DNA of 63,467 nt, the filler included, from Octopus bimaculoides (Eukaryota), in assembly GCF_001194135.2 (NCBI RefSeq). It is 5 parts of 5 records of this genome, joined end to end, with 100 filler letters (N's around TTAATTAATTAA, not from the genome) between each part and the next. Parts side by side here need not be neighbours in the genome. Positions count along the whole stretch, not along the records: positions 1 to 28,493 come from NC_068996.1; 4 more parts are not named here. One strand, given 5' to 3'. The translations under genes were made by a program, and so were the position numbers. Below the pieces are notes generated by a model, which searched no databases, was not told where the DNA came from, and saw nothing but the letters and a program-made list of their open reading frames with translations. Shown here one piece after another: positions 1 through 13,655 of the stretch. The first letter of the stretch is position 1; every line of letters starts with the position of its first letter.

Positions 1-328
1 CTAAAAGAAATGGAAAAACTTTCAAAATACAAAGACCTGGAAATAGAGATAACTCGAATGTGGAATCTAAAAACAGAAACAATTCCTATCATAGTAGGTG
101 CCTTAGGTATAATAAAAAAATATTCAGACAAATACATAACAAAAACACCAGGACTTACAAATATATATAACATACAGAAAATTGCACTACTGGGTACTGC
201 ACACATTCTACGCAAAACACTTTCAATACAGTAAACATAAGAGCACCACAGCAAACCACAGCACATACCCAAGGCGCACAGAGCTGCGCTCGGTAGTGAA
301 GTGAAAGCACGTTATAAAAATAAAACTA

Positions 329-360
<32 letters not shown>
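1..360 (+). mobile_element. 3' end of a Dong/R4-type non-LTR retrotransposon (RLE endonuclease C-terminus, 3' UTR, (AAT)n tail)
   Basis: ORF 10-234 EKLSKYKDLEIEITRMW...IPIIVGALG...IQKIALLGTAHILRK is the typical restriction-like endonuclease end of R4/Dong ORFs. About 100 bp of UTR follow, then (AAT)n at about 332-360. Confidence 0.85.
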
Positions 361-361
<1 letters not shown>

Positions 362-2699
362 TGTACATGTGACATACACGAGCACATTTTCAAGTTAAAA
401 CTTTTTGTAGTTTTTCAGAATCGTTAGAAAATATATATACATACAAAAATATTCAATTATGTTCATAAAGGTGGAATAAAAGTTCTGTGGAAATTTTAAG
501 AAGCTGCGCCGCTCTATATAATTACAACACCAAGGTCACCTTGAAAATGAAATGCTGGTGATATTCAGGGAACTTACGAATCAGCATTTGAAGTTTCATG
601 TGGCATTCAATGCATTTTATTGCTAGAATATTAGATTAATTCAGTTTAGCTGCTATTCTGAAATGATTTCAATGATAGTCAAATTGCATAAGGTACCTTT
701 GGAATTGATGAACACTTCTTTTGCTTTACTTGTAATGTTTCGATAACTTTTCAAACATTTAAAGGGCATATCTAGATTTCGAAGATACTATTCTTTTTCT
801 CCCGACGCATTTTCTATTCGTGGAGAATAAGCAAAAAATTTGCAGAGCGACATTTTAAAATATCAACTGCTAACCTATGCAGTAATATTTGAAATATCAA
901 CGTATTACTTCTTAAATGTGGATTTTCATTGCTTTCTGAAACATAGTTTTACGCACGTCGCATTCACTATATTTTTATTTACTTTAAGCCTTCTTAAATG
1001 TTGTTTTACCACTCGACAAACCACAATAAATTCGGTCTCGAAGAAAGAAAAATGCGTATGCTTATATGAACTTGATCAGTTCCATAAAAATAATTCGAAA
1101 TATATTAAAAAAATTATCTACAAGTTTACGGTGAGGTTATTGAACACTTTGAATTTTAACAATATATTGTAAATAAAGTATTTATATTATATTTGTTCCG
1201 TTCTAATAATTTTTGTGAGAATATTATATATACTAATATCTGGACCGCGCTTTTGTCTTTGCTTATGACCTGACTGGATTCAATTATCCCATGTCGAAAT
1301 TCCAGTTAACACGATAAACGTGTATTTAAAACTTTATAATTACAAAAGGTTTCTTTTTTTAGTTTTTTTAGCTGGAAAATATAAGCTTTGAGTGAAAGCG
1401 TCTAAAGTAACAATAATGAATCTCTGTGGAACAGAAAGTGTGTCAATAGCCAACTGGAGGAGGTGTCCTCCTGGGGCTACAAGCTACAGTGGCATCTACC
1501 CTTAAGAGTTAGCTACGTAGCTTCACGATGTCTAAAATATCATTGATATGAATTCAGTTTGGAATGGAGCATTTTCAATTCTTATTTTCTTCTGAGGTTG
1601 ACACTTACTACTCGATTTAAATATTTGTGATCATATATCGATGCCCGAAATCAATAAGAAACATTCTTCTCTACTGTCCTCACACAGGAATAGTTTAATT
1701 CACATCAAAACTCAGTCGTAACACATTTTGTATTCTCAAGTCAATTGTATTCTCAATTATGCATGCTTTGTATAATAAATACATGCCTAATTACTTCTGG
1801 AATGGTATGAAAATCACACTTCAATAAATGTGGTTTCTTTTAGCCTGTAGCATCATCAACAACAAAGCTTAACATATATTACGCTGTTGTTACTGTTGTT
1901 ACTCCAGGTCAATACTGAGGAAGCAAACGACGAACCCTCACGTCAAGACCTTAGCCAACCAACTCAATGTTTGAGATACAATATATCTAAAACTGGAAAT
2001 ACAATGTGTCATTCCCTTTCTTTAAGATCGTGATTTGAGTTAAAATTGGTTACTATTTGTAGTAGACTGATTGACTTTTGGCATGGATCGCTTAGTAAAT
2101 TATACGAAAATTAAACACTATTCGAATAATTTCTTATGCTTATAATTTGAATATCAAAATAATACCGTTTAATTATAGACTTTAATACAACCTTTACCGA
2201 AAAGAACATAAATATAAAACAATATATGAAATATATAAAATATAAGACAATATATGAAAATGACGTAAATTTCCATCAATTACAAGAAAAATACTTATAC
2301 ATTTGATGATGTTCTACTTGTAGTACTTGTTAGCCTACACGATTCTCTTATTTTACGCTATGTTTTTCTTTCTTTCTTATTCGAGTTTGACTTATACGAC
2401 TTGGAATGTGCCTAGTCTGTTGAAAGTTGTGGTAGACAGTTGCCAAGTCTGAAGCTAACAGGTCTGGCATGAAACAATGAAATTGCAAGGTAGGACCATC
2501 TGGTTCTGGTGATTGGTTTCTCATTCAGCTTTTCAAACTAACCGCTAATTTAGCTACTGAAATCCTAGTACTTGCATCATCTGTCAAAAATCACGCACAC
2601 AGTCGAGCTCGGTATAGAAGTCTACCAACTCATGTCCATCTCTCTTACATAGAGTAAGGGTATGTATTACTAAGAAAAACTGCATGCATTTTCTTGAAA

Positions 2700-3080
2700 T
2701 CGGAGAACATGTTCTCTGCTCTCAACCAAAAGCAGGAATATGGATTTTTACTACGCTGCGCCCCGATCATTTGGACCCATCAAATAATTTCGCATTCTCA
2801 TTTTTCAGTGAACGCACCTCACTAATAACCATGTAACCATTGAGTTTCATGTTTAGAAGCTGATCAAAGGATATTGTCGCCACAAATACTTCATAACTGA
2901 TACTTCTTCTCTGAGCCCTTTTTAACCATTTGACAATGCCTCCTCGATGCAACTGTCCACTTTCGCTTCTTTCGTCTCTTTCGCAATATCTTTTTCCAAA
3001 CTGACACACTCGCTCTAATTTTCCATTTTAGTAAGCGTGCCCCCAACAGAAGCACACAACTAATTTGATAAGCCATTCCT
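2700..3080 (-). mobile_element. Possible highly decayed pogo/Tigger CENP-B-type HTH fragment
   Basis: Stitching frames gives IEEAL.KWLKRAQRRSI...NGY, weakly like the pogo EEALxxWxxxxRxxxI...SNGW helix. Frameshifted, no TIR found. Confidence 0.25.
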
Positions 3081-3590
3081 AAGTATTTTCCTGTTGTGAA
3101 AATACATATTCAGTTTCCAGTAATCGGAACCCTGTCTATTAGTCTTAGCGAAGATGATTGTATAGATCCGAATTGCTGGTCTGTGTAGTGAAGTACTCCC
3201 AAATATAGACAACATACATTATTCTTATAGGTCAACCTGCTAAAAATTGTTAGTATAACAGTTTTATTCACTATTGTTTCCTAGACTCCACATTCTGGAA
3301 AACTAAGCCATACCATTGTTCAAAGTAGGCTAGTGGAATGAGGTATACAAATCGTTACAAGATAGAAGAGAAGCGAAGAAATGACTTCCACAAATTATGG
3401 TTTCGTTGATGACTATCAAGTCCAGCTTTAATGACTTGATGTGATTTTAGATTCAATTGCCAATTACAGATATTTACATGCGAAAATGTTCAGAAAACAA
3501 TCTGTCTTATTTGAACACTTTGGCAATCCATTGATTTAGGACTGTGTTTCTTTCTCCGTTTCTGTCTGTCTGTCTGTCTGTCTGTCTCTA

Positions 3591-3630
<40 letters not shown>

Positions 3631-3640
3631 NNNNNNNNNN

Positions 3641-3679
<39 letters not shown>

Positions 3680-4427
3680 CTCTTTCTCTCAGTATGCTGA
3701 CGTTTCCTAGAAAATTTCTGAATTTTTTAATTCTGAGATCCTCATCATCACACGTAAAATTTCAGTTTTTCAAAGATCCTTGGCAACATTTGTATTAGAA
3801 GTCTAAATTTACTTTCATGTCCACCTGGTTTGTTTATTTTGCATGTTATGGAATTGACACTATGAAATAATTTTGCCCTTGTCACCAACTGCGAAATTGC
3901 CTTGTTGATCAATAATATTGTTCTTGTCTTCTTTCTTTTTGTATATACTGTTCTCCTTGAGGTTCATGATATAGGTGTTTGTTCTGCTGCTGTTACTGTT
4001 GTTGTCTTCTTAGTGTTGTTTCAATATCTGCTCTGCTCTTGATATTGGTGATAACACATTTATCTTGTATACCACTAAATTTGTGGTATGTTTTATTCTA
4101 TTCCTCCCCCATTCACTCACCGTATTTTACCTTTTCATTTTATATTTCCTTCTCGTTCATAAGTATAAATGCGAAAGAAGATTAAAAAAAACACCTTAAT
4201 TTTTTTCTTGCATTCTCTCTTTAGAAAATAAGTGAAGCATGAATACGGAAAATTAGAACAAGGTCAGGTGCTTTGTGCGCGTGACCACATTGACCAGAAG
4301 ACAATATACATACATGTATACACACGCAAACATACACGTATATGTATGGTGTGTGTGTTTGTGCATATATATACATGCTTCAGGCAGGTTGGTCCGAATA
4401 GTATTTATACTACTACTACTACTATTG

Positions 4428-4493
<66 letters not shown>

Positions 4494-4876
4494 TTAATAA
4501 TAGTAATAATATTGCTGCTGCAACTACTACAACTATTGACAATAATAGCAACAGCAACAATGATAAGAAGAAAATAACAATAATAGTACAGTGAAGAAGA
4601 AGAAGAAGCAGAAGAAGAAGAAGAAGAAGAAGAAGAAGAAGAAGGAGGAGGAGGAGGAGGAGAAGAAGAAGAAGAAGAAGAAGAAGAAGAAGAAGACAAG
4701 AAGAAGAAGAAGAAGAAGAAGAAGAAGAAGAAGGAGGAGGATGAGGAGAAGAAGACGAAGAGGAAGAAGAAGAAGAAGAAGAAGGAGGAGGAGGAGAAGA
4801 GGAAGAAGAAGAAGAAGAAGAAGAAGAAGAAGAAGAAGAAGAAGAAGAAGAAGAAGAAGAAGAAGAAGAAGAAGAA
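4428..4876 (+). repeat. (AAT)n tract followed by about 280 bp (GAA)n/(GAG)n polypurine tract
   Basis: Directly visible; source of the poly-N, poly-K/R and poly-F/L ORFs in the track. Confidence 0.97.
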
Positions 4877-5016
4877 TTGCTGTATAGTTATGTTGCAACC
4901 TCGATGTAAAATTTCTTGTTTAATAGGGACCTTGTCAAGTATATATTTCAATTTTCTACATACTTCACTCTTAGATATTGTTAAATTTTCGGTATCCACG
5001 CTCAAACAGTCTTGAG

Positions 5017-5275
5017 CAGTGGTTCTCAACCGACGTGTAAAACGGCTCTGAGAGTCCGTACAGGAATTTTAAGTGTCCGGGATCCACAATAGTATCTTGA
5101 GATCCCATGAAAAAATGTTGCCTTCTATTCATGTATTGGTAAATATTGAGAGAAAGAGCAGCGTTTCTTTCTCTAACATTGTACGTAATTCTATCTACAT
5201 AAATTAATGTGCGAGAAACGTTAATGTTCGGCAAAAAAAGTGAGATAGAATTGGTACCAGACTTTAAGAAACTGG
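5017..5275 (+). mobile_element. Possible hAT (Charlie-like) MITE remnant
   Basis: Begins CAGTGGTTCTCAACC, a typical hAT-Charlie terminus. Only a degenerate inverted match (TTAAGAAACTGG) near 5265-5275; no clear 8-bp TSD. Confidence 0.35.
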
Positions 5276-5285
5276 TCACAGTCTA

Positions 5286-5297
5286 ATCATCATCATT

Positions 5298-5333
<36 letters not shown>

Positions 5334-5437
5334 GTCATCATCATCATCACCTTCTTCTTCTTCTTCTTCTTCTTCTTCTTCTTCTTCTTCTTCTTCTTCT
5401 TCTTCTTCTTCTTCTTCTTCTTCTTCTTCTTCTTCTT
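5286..5437 (+). repeat. (TCA)n then (TCT)n microsatellite
   Basis: Directly visible. Confidence 0.97.
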
Positions 5438-5439
5438 GT

Positions 5440-7250
5440 GTTTCTATCAGGATTTCCAACCTATTAGCATTTTGTAACCTATTATCTTTAATAATCATTC
5501 CCCATCCACATCCCATCAATCTACCACTGAATTCCCCTGTGACCACATTCACCTAGTTCTGGTATCATCTCGAAGGTTGAATAACTTCAGACGTCCTTAA
5601 GAGGACCACCAATTGAATATTCTCGTTGTAAGCCGTCCAAGCGAAGAAAGTGGGAAGTATTATTTTTCGTGTCACCACTCGTTTTTCGGGTTAAATCTTT
5701 CTCAGAGTTATTTTTCAAAATCTTAAGCTTCATTTTCCCACTACAGCATAAGTATTACCCTTTTCTAATAACTCCTCAATTATAATCTACTGTTCTACAA
5801 CACTACACCTAGGATCCACAATTGTTTCCTTTAATAGCGCAAGCTAAGCCACTTTACTGTAGATCCTTTGACCGATCCTCCTGGACCCCAAACCACCGGA
5901 TAATAATAATACAACCCTCGGGAACCCTACTTGATTCTATTACATCAATCATGGTACTACTCCCCCAAATACTATGAGCCTGACTACATATACCGGCGGG
6001 GACACTCTCTCCCAGCCAAACACTAGCAATGATAAAACACCGGGTCCTCCTTTGAAGATAACTGACCGTATGAATCAGACCGAAATGGGGATCAATTCAA
6101 AGCCCACAGCTTGTAAGGAGAAACCGCATTTTCCAAGTCTCCCAACTCTGTCCGTTGGATGGCTTCTGTTTACGCTGTTATATAGCATATTTATGCCGAG
6201 TAATAACGTTAAGTTCCCACCAGGTTGAAATCTACATTGGTGGGACTGTTGATTTCAATCGCCGCTACTGGACTCTCATGAATTCCTCAAGTCCTGGAAT
6301 ATCCCTTATTCCTTAACCTGGTCTATACATTGCAAGGCTAACCCGTACAATACTAACCTGCATGCTCGTAAATTGTATTCAAATGTATTTCTCTCTATCC
6401 TTCGGCATTGTAATCCTAATTATCCAATAAGTTCTCAGACGAAATCTTTTCATGTAACACAAATTTAACTCCTCTTTTGCCCATTACGCAAAGTCTCTAT
6501 GAATCCTCGTAATTATGATTAAGCTCCGACTTAACCTTTAACTATACTGGCAGTATATTCCTTCTCTCTCCCCTTCTCTCTCTCTCTTTCTCTCTCTCTC
6601 TTTCTCTCCCTATTCTCCTTTTACCTTTCTCCATATAGCAGCATGTCTTCCTCCACCGCTACTTCATCTTCATTCCTTCAATTCTTTCTGTCCTTCTCCC
6701 TGTTTGTATCCATAAACAGATCCCATCGTTAATTGTTTCAGGCTCCCCATTTTTATTTTTCTTGTACCTTCCCTTGTACTTTCTCAGAAAACGCTGCCCC
6801 TCTTTATCCAACCCCATTCATTTATTTCCTCCTTTGCCTCTTTCTGTCCTCTTCTCTAGCCAGAAACATCCCTGATTGATTTAACAACTGTTTAGCGACA
6901 TACCCAATCACCAGTGATGCCTCATTCCACCAAACTGACAAATCTTTCCCCATTTTCCTTCCTCACACCAATTCTTATGTTTCTCTTCTCTGATTACTGA
7001 TCTTCCCTTCCCTCCCCTCGCTTCGTATTTCCTTTTGCCCTTCCTTTACTTCTCTACTCCATCTCCCTAAGCCAACAAGATCCTCTCTCACCTTGCCTTT
7101 TACTCTTTTCTTTTCTTCTTCAATCATTAATTCTCTCGCATTACGATGTGAGCTGTTATTTTCCAGTTTTTCTCCTGATGAAAGAAGCCGATCCTATGGT
7201 AATGTCTCTATGCGACATTACCATTTTCACACCCTTGACCTTATGCCCAT
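5440..7250 (+). mobile_element. Decayed Penelope-like element (post-RT linker + GIY-YIG endonuclease + CT-rich 3' region)
   Basis: Frameshifted motifs: LFFVSP...HFPLQHKYY...LGSTIVSFN (about 5670-5840); CPLDGFCLRCYIAYLC...EIYIGGTVDFNRRY (from 6149); NIPYSLTWSIHCKANPYN (about 6300-6355). These match the PLE CPLxGxCL linker and the GIY-YIG domain. Boundaries approximate. Confidence 0.75.
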
Positions 7251-7508
7251 TCCATCTGCTAATTTTGATCATAATGATATTTACATAATTCCGAGCTCAT
7301 AGAAACAACTATCGAGTTTAAAATAGTATACATTCTGTCCTCAGTATTTTCTATTTTTTTATGCTTCATGTAAATGTAAATTTATTTTCTTTATACAGGA
7401 AAACCTATATACTTGTACATATGTGTTTATCTCCTGAATATATATTTATTTGTCTGCCTGTTTATATGCATGTATGTATATGTGTATATGTATGTATATA
7501 CAAATGGA

Positions 7509-7552
<44 letters not shown>

Positions 7553-9894
7553 GAGAGAGACAGAGAGAAGTAGAGAGAAAGAGAGAAAGGAATAGGCATA
7601 ATATAAAAATGGCACAAATTTATAGATGTTTCAAAATTCGTCTCACATCACAGAATTCAAATATATGACACTATAGTGTTTCATTTTGGACAAGTATCTT
7701 TTGACGTGACTTGCGTTTAACTCATGTGCTACGAACTGAGTAGGACTGCGTGGACGTCCATATTCGTGGTTCAAAACATTATCTACTTACACGCATTTTA
7801 CGTTGATTTTGCCCAAGTTTTTGTTACAAATGTGATTATAAGTGAACAGTTTAGTCCTTATAATATATAGAGACCAATAAAACACTCTGCAGTGTTTTCA
7901 TTGATATATGAAAAAGAAGTCGTTCCACACTCTCACTATATTGACGAAGAGTCCATCTTTATTCTTGTACTATTCCGTCGTAATGTATATATAGGACTAT
8001 CAGATAGCTACACATGCTACATGGAAAGCCTTATGTATTATGTCTAAATCTATTTAGTGAATTATATTCTAATGTTATAAATATCAATTTAAAGCGAGTA
8101 GTCTGTATGGCTTCCATTTTGTTAAATGCAATTTCCTAATTTGTTTTGAAAGATTGCAAAAAACGCGTTTCCTTTGGTTAATTTTCACATGATTAAATTC
8201 ATATTCGATCTAATTTTCCAATTCTTTAAATTAGCTTGTAAGGAGAATACCATAGATTTCAGTTTCCCATGAGAAAACAGTGGCACTACGCGCGAAGAAA
8301 AAATTCTGCGTGCAACTGAATACGTGAAGAGATCACGACCAATTCATCGCATGCAATGTTTTATACATTTCAACAATATGACTCTATAATTTAGGTAGAC
8401 ATATGTTATAAGGAGAAAAGAGGTTTTATAAGTTACATCTAAAAGGGGAAAACAAAGGAAAGTGGAAGCGTATAATATTGATTTAGTAAAGTTATATTTA
8501 CAACTTAGATACTTAAGGTTATTGATTCAAAAAGGCGTTTTCTTATTGTAGAAAGCTGTGTTGTAGAACATTTATGTAATCGTGGGTTTGTATGTGACAC
8601 ATCTTAGTATATTTTTCTGTTGGAATCAATAACATTTTCTACACGCTTAAGTTTTTGCTCCTTGTGTGTTTAAACTACTTTAAAATTTTATTTTGTTATT
8701 GTTGCTCTTGTTGATGCACATCGCACATAAGTTTTGATTTAACCGTCTTTCATAGATTTATGCTCACTACCAGTTCCATAAACAGTGACAACAACCAGTG
8801 CCGACCAAAACAACAACGGCAATAACAAAAGTAAGGCAAACGAAAAGAAGAGCAAGAGCAACAAAAAGGAAAATGAAAATAACAAAAATAACGACGAAAA
8901 CTAAAATAAGAAAATGAGAACAAAGAATGGTAAAAACAAAAATCAATTTGCTCTTCCATCACACGTACTAAGCCATGCTACAATACCTTCAATATTTATT
9001 CCAACGCGTAAACTGAACTCTAGAAATTGCAAACCTCACGCAGATGAGTTTGCTAACTCCCTTCGCCAAATAAAAGAGAAAATATATTATCGGTGGAAAA
9101 ACACACTGAATAAAGATGGGTAAAATGTTTCATTAAACATACATGAATCCGTTCTGTAAGAAACCCGTCTCAAAACACCAGAAACAAAATATTAAAAAAA
9201 AAACAGAGCAGACTCATCTGGGATAAAAAAAAAATATGTATAACTGGGGAGAAACAGTAGAAGTGTGATTTCCTAGAGGGGGTGAAACCAGGGAGGACGA
9301 CGCAACAATTTCAGAATGACAGATTGGCACTCATACCAGGCTGGTTCCTTGCTGCTGGTGTCTTCCACATGGAGGGAAAAAAAAAACAATAACTAATATT
9401 GTGCAGAAGAGATGACTCCGGCTGTTCTCGTCAATGTCAAGAGTCGATACCAGACCATAGTTCCTCATAAAGTCAATTAAACCTCATCAGAAGTCTTGAT
9501 CCGTTTTCACAACAACAATTTGTCCTGCTTGCACAATACTGTGGGCACCATTCAAGATGCTAATTTCTTGTCTTGGTCCATCTTTGACACATGCCTGAAA
9601 TACGGTCAGGGAGAAATGCTATGGAATGACGTGTCGGAGGAAAGATGCTCATACATGTTTACCCGGGTTTTCATCGCCGTCGATGATACCATCACAGTAA
9701 TCTGGATATTTCTGCATATGCGTGAGCCGGCATATCTTTAAGGAGACAATGCAGTGACCACCATGGAATAAGTGGTGCCACAAATAAATTCCTTGTCCAT
9801 CAGAACCTTATCTTTCTATAAGAAGCGTATAAATATGCATCTCTCTCTCCTCCTCTCTCACTCTCTCTCTCTATTTATATAGATATATTCTTTT

Positions 9895-11425
9895 ATTACT
9901 TTATTATTTCACTCGTTTCAGTAGTGCGGTTGTGGTCATGTTGGAACACCACCGTGGTCTTTCTGATTTCTTCAGTCTGTTGTGTTTCACATCACCACTC
10001 ATGCATGTGCCTTTGTCACAGCTGTTAGCCCATTTGGTGTATAAGGAAGTTTGATTACGCTGCTCTCGTCTGCATCTCATGTGGGACTTTGGATCATCCG
10101 GAATTGTGGAAGGCATCTTCTTCCACCTTATGTAGATCTCTTATTTTTGTGACAGGGCATTGAAGAGCTGTCAGCTTTTGAACCCTAGATTATTGCAGTA
10201 CCTCGACTTGAATTTAGTTGGAGTGGGTGGTACCTTTGGTACAATACAATGGCGGCCAGTTCTGGCATTCGTATAACACTAAATACCGAAGTTAAGTACT
10301 AGCCCTTCTAGGATTTTCCATATGTATATTATTGCATATCTCTCATGCCTTCGCTTCAGGGTGTAAAGCTGTGGTTTTCTCAATCTATCCATGTAGCTCA
10401 TCTGCTGCACTCTTTCAGTCTTTTTCGTGTAGTGGTGTTGGACTGCTTCAAGTTCCGCTGTTACTTTGGCACTAAGTGATGACCATAATTGGGAGCATTA
10501 TTCCAAGCGGATGAAAACAAAGGTTCTCTGCAAGGTCGACATAGCTACTTGGTCTCTTGTCTTGAAGGATCTCAGTATCCATCCTGCCAATTGTCTGCAC
10601 TAATGTGCATTTAAAATGATGTGCCAGTGCACATACTGATCCCCTGGTCTTTCACTGCCTGTGACCCTGAGATTGTAGTACCTTCGGATCCTCTATATAC
10701 AGACTGTAGTGCATTCGTAAGTTGAGAGTGCAGTGCTTGCAATGTTCTAGCATTAAAGTGTATGTTGCTTATTTCAGCCCACTTGTTATCGAATTGAGGT
10801 CCCGCTTGTGACGTCATCTTGGTTTTTTATTGTTTGTGATAATTTTGTATCATCGGCATAGCTAGTGACAGTGGTTGTCCGAGTGACCGTGGTGGGCATG
10901 TCTAAGAGGGCTACTGTGAACAGTAATGGCCCCAGAACATTTCCCTGGGGGACACCACTTAAGATTTGAGTTTCCTCAGAAAGGGCACCATTGGCTGAAA
11001 CTACCTGACTTCAGTATTTAAGGAAGTCATGCGACCACTCTCCCGGTTTACCAGCAATGCCAAGGCCTCATAGCTTATGGCTTATCATGCCATGATCTAC
11101 CTTATCAAATGCATTTGCGAAGTTAAGGTATATCACGCTTACATCTGAATGGTCAAGCACTGGAGAAGCTGTGTGAGGAGGCTTTTTCCTGGACGGAAGC
11201 TATGCTGTGTATTGTTTAGTAGGTCATTTTCTTCTAGGAAATTTATCAATTCCTTTCTGATGATTCGCTCCATGAGATTACTGATATGTGAAGTCAGTGA
11301 CATTAGCCTGCAGTTTTTGGCCTCTGCTATGCTTCTAGAAAGGGCATATAATGCCTTCTTTGAGCTTTTTAGGAAGTATACCACTTGCAAGGAAACATTG
11401 GAAAAATATCTAAAGTGTTTTCGCT
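9895..11425 (-). mobile_element. 5'-truncated, decayed CR1-clade LINE (RT domain through 3' tail)
   Basis: SLTSHISNLMERII...QHSFRPGKS, AFDKVDHG, GVPQGNVLGPLLF, YADDTK, WKILEGLV, with stops and frameshifts. 3' tail ...GGTGGTGTTCCAACATGACC...ACTGAAACGAGTGAAAATAATAA ends near 9899. Confidence 0.9.
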
Positions 11426-11599
11426 ACAGCCTGCTTATATGACAATAGGAAAATAGCTTAGAAATCATCAGTACCAGTTGCGGAGCATGAACTCGTTTCA
11501 TGTATGGCCACTGTTACATGTGTTTCCTGAATATCGATATTGTAATCGATGGCTGGCACTTCCTTTTTAGCGCTGCAATATTAAAGAATGTATGTGTGT

Positions 11600-11650
<51 letters not shown>

Positions 11651-13620
11651 TGTATGTGTGTGTATATATACATATGTATGTATATATATCTAGAGAGACA
11701 GACAGACAAACAGGCAGACAGAAAGAAAGAGCGAGAGAGACGGGGAGAAAAAAGATAGACAGAGGCAGAAAGCAAGAGAACAAGATGGAGTCAAACGCAG
11801 GTGTTATTCAAATCATTTATACTTTCAACATACGTTTCGAAAAATCATCGTAATTATCCCGGAAGTAACAAAAATGATGTAAAACAATTCATTCATCTCG
11901 CCAGGGAAAAAAGGAGCAAAACACATCTATAAACCATTTTAACCGAATGTGATTACCGCGTGCGTAAGGAGAACTCTAGCGAATTATTTTTTTTTAAAAG
12001 TCGTTAATAGATTTAACGTGAAAGGTAAATTAGAGAAAGAGGAGGGGGAGAAAGAAAGAAATTAACAGAAAATTAAGAGAGGAAAAATATAATGTGATAA
12101 ATGAATGGAATAAAGTTTAAAAGCGTGGAAATAGATATATGTGGGGAAATGAAATGTAAGAAGACTGTTAAAGATCTAGATAGAATTTTCCATTCTAAAC
12201 TGTATTGTTTATTATGTTCCTTTAGAGAACAAATTAATTTACCAAACCCGGTATTGTTGTGTTTATTGATATGTCTAAATGCAGAATAATGACAACTGAG
12301 ACGAAGAGCTACCTATATAAAAAAAAAAAAGACATCGGAACCGGAAGAAATTTTACATTCATAAACAGAGTTTCTAGTCTTAGAATTACTGCTAAGGAAA
12401 CGAATTCGATTCGAATTTATGTCAGAAATACCAATATTGTTGTTACTATTGTTCACAGAATGGTTAGCGTTAATAATATCACTGTTATTATTTTCATTAA
12501 GTAGATTTAATAACTTATAGCTATATGAAGAATTTTTTTTTGAAATGATTTTGGTGTTTGAAAAAACTATCCTAACTCGGTGTGAATTGATAATGGAATG
12601 GTATCTGGAATTTTTTTTAGAAAATTCTTATCTATAGCTTCACGAAACTGATAAGGGAGGTTGGACTTGATTTGCTTATCAAATGGAATGATCAACCAAA
12701 TTGTTTCACTAGAACCCAGCTTGTTATTTGGGTGATTAACTTTAAAAGTAACTAGACAAAATTTATGACGTTTATATTACTTATGCGGTATTCTATATTT
12801 TTCAGCTAGAGTGTAATTGCATCTCAAGGGGGTGGTACAAACCTAGCAATATGTGTTTTATATTGAAAACAAAATTTCCATTCAAATGGCAATTATCGGA
12901 GAATTTTCTGTTTGAGTCTAACCATTTTAACTCGTAGTGGAAACGCGACCTTTGTTGTAAATAAGCATACGAATATTGTATAAATTTTATAATTGAGAAA
13001 TTTACTATATTTTGTACAGTCTGCGGGAGTAATAAAATAGGCTTGCGGGTGCACTTGCGCCCGTGCACAAGGGTTTTCCGCACCCCTGGTTTAACTGAAA
13101 GAGCGCAGATCTTGTTCAGATCTAACAACACTAACATTCCACTGAACTCTAGATCTGAAATTTTCAGCAATTGCAAGTATATGTATAAATAATTGCAAAA
13201 ACTACCTATTGCCGATTAAATTGTTGATATCTTTCTTTCAAGCCTTATAATTTAAGGTCTAAGGAGAATGACACTTTTACCTTTTTTTGTGCTTTTTATT
13301 TTTTACATTCTAGGTTTTGTTTATCATTTTCCGTTTCCGTCTTCCGTTTTTTTTTAAACCGTCCGCATTTTCTATATGCAGCCTTTCCAGGTTTTATTAA
13401 CGTTTCTTCTCTTACTTAATTTTTTTCTACTTCGTTGTATGTGGTTTGTGCCCGATGGATACGTATGAGATATTTCCCAACATGTGAAACTATTAGCAGC
13501 TCTTAAAGACATGTGTCCTTTAAATAAATACATTTATCTCTCCCTGGAAGGAGTACTTTTTCTTGAATTTTCAATCACGGAAAACTGCATTATATATACG
13601 TACATACTTACATAAATACA

Positions 13621-13655
<35 letters not shown>

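Noticed and set aside
840-1172. 110-aa ORF; likewise 12802-13176 and 55522-55776
   Set aside because: AT-rich, no domain motif, no clear splice structure; expected by chance.
4232-5552. ORFs with poly-N, poly-K/R, poly-F/L and poly-E/D runs
   Set aside because: Translations of (AAT)n, (GAA)n and (TCA)n microsatellites; no splice or domain support.
10809-10816. TGACGTCA CRE site
   Set aside because: Lies inside decayed CR1 coding sequence; likely incidental.
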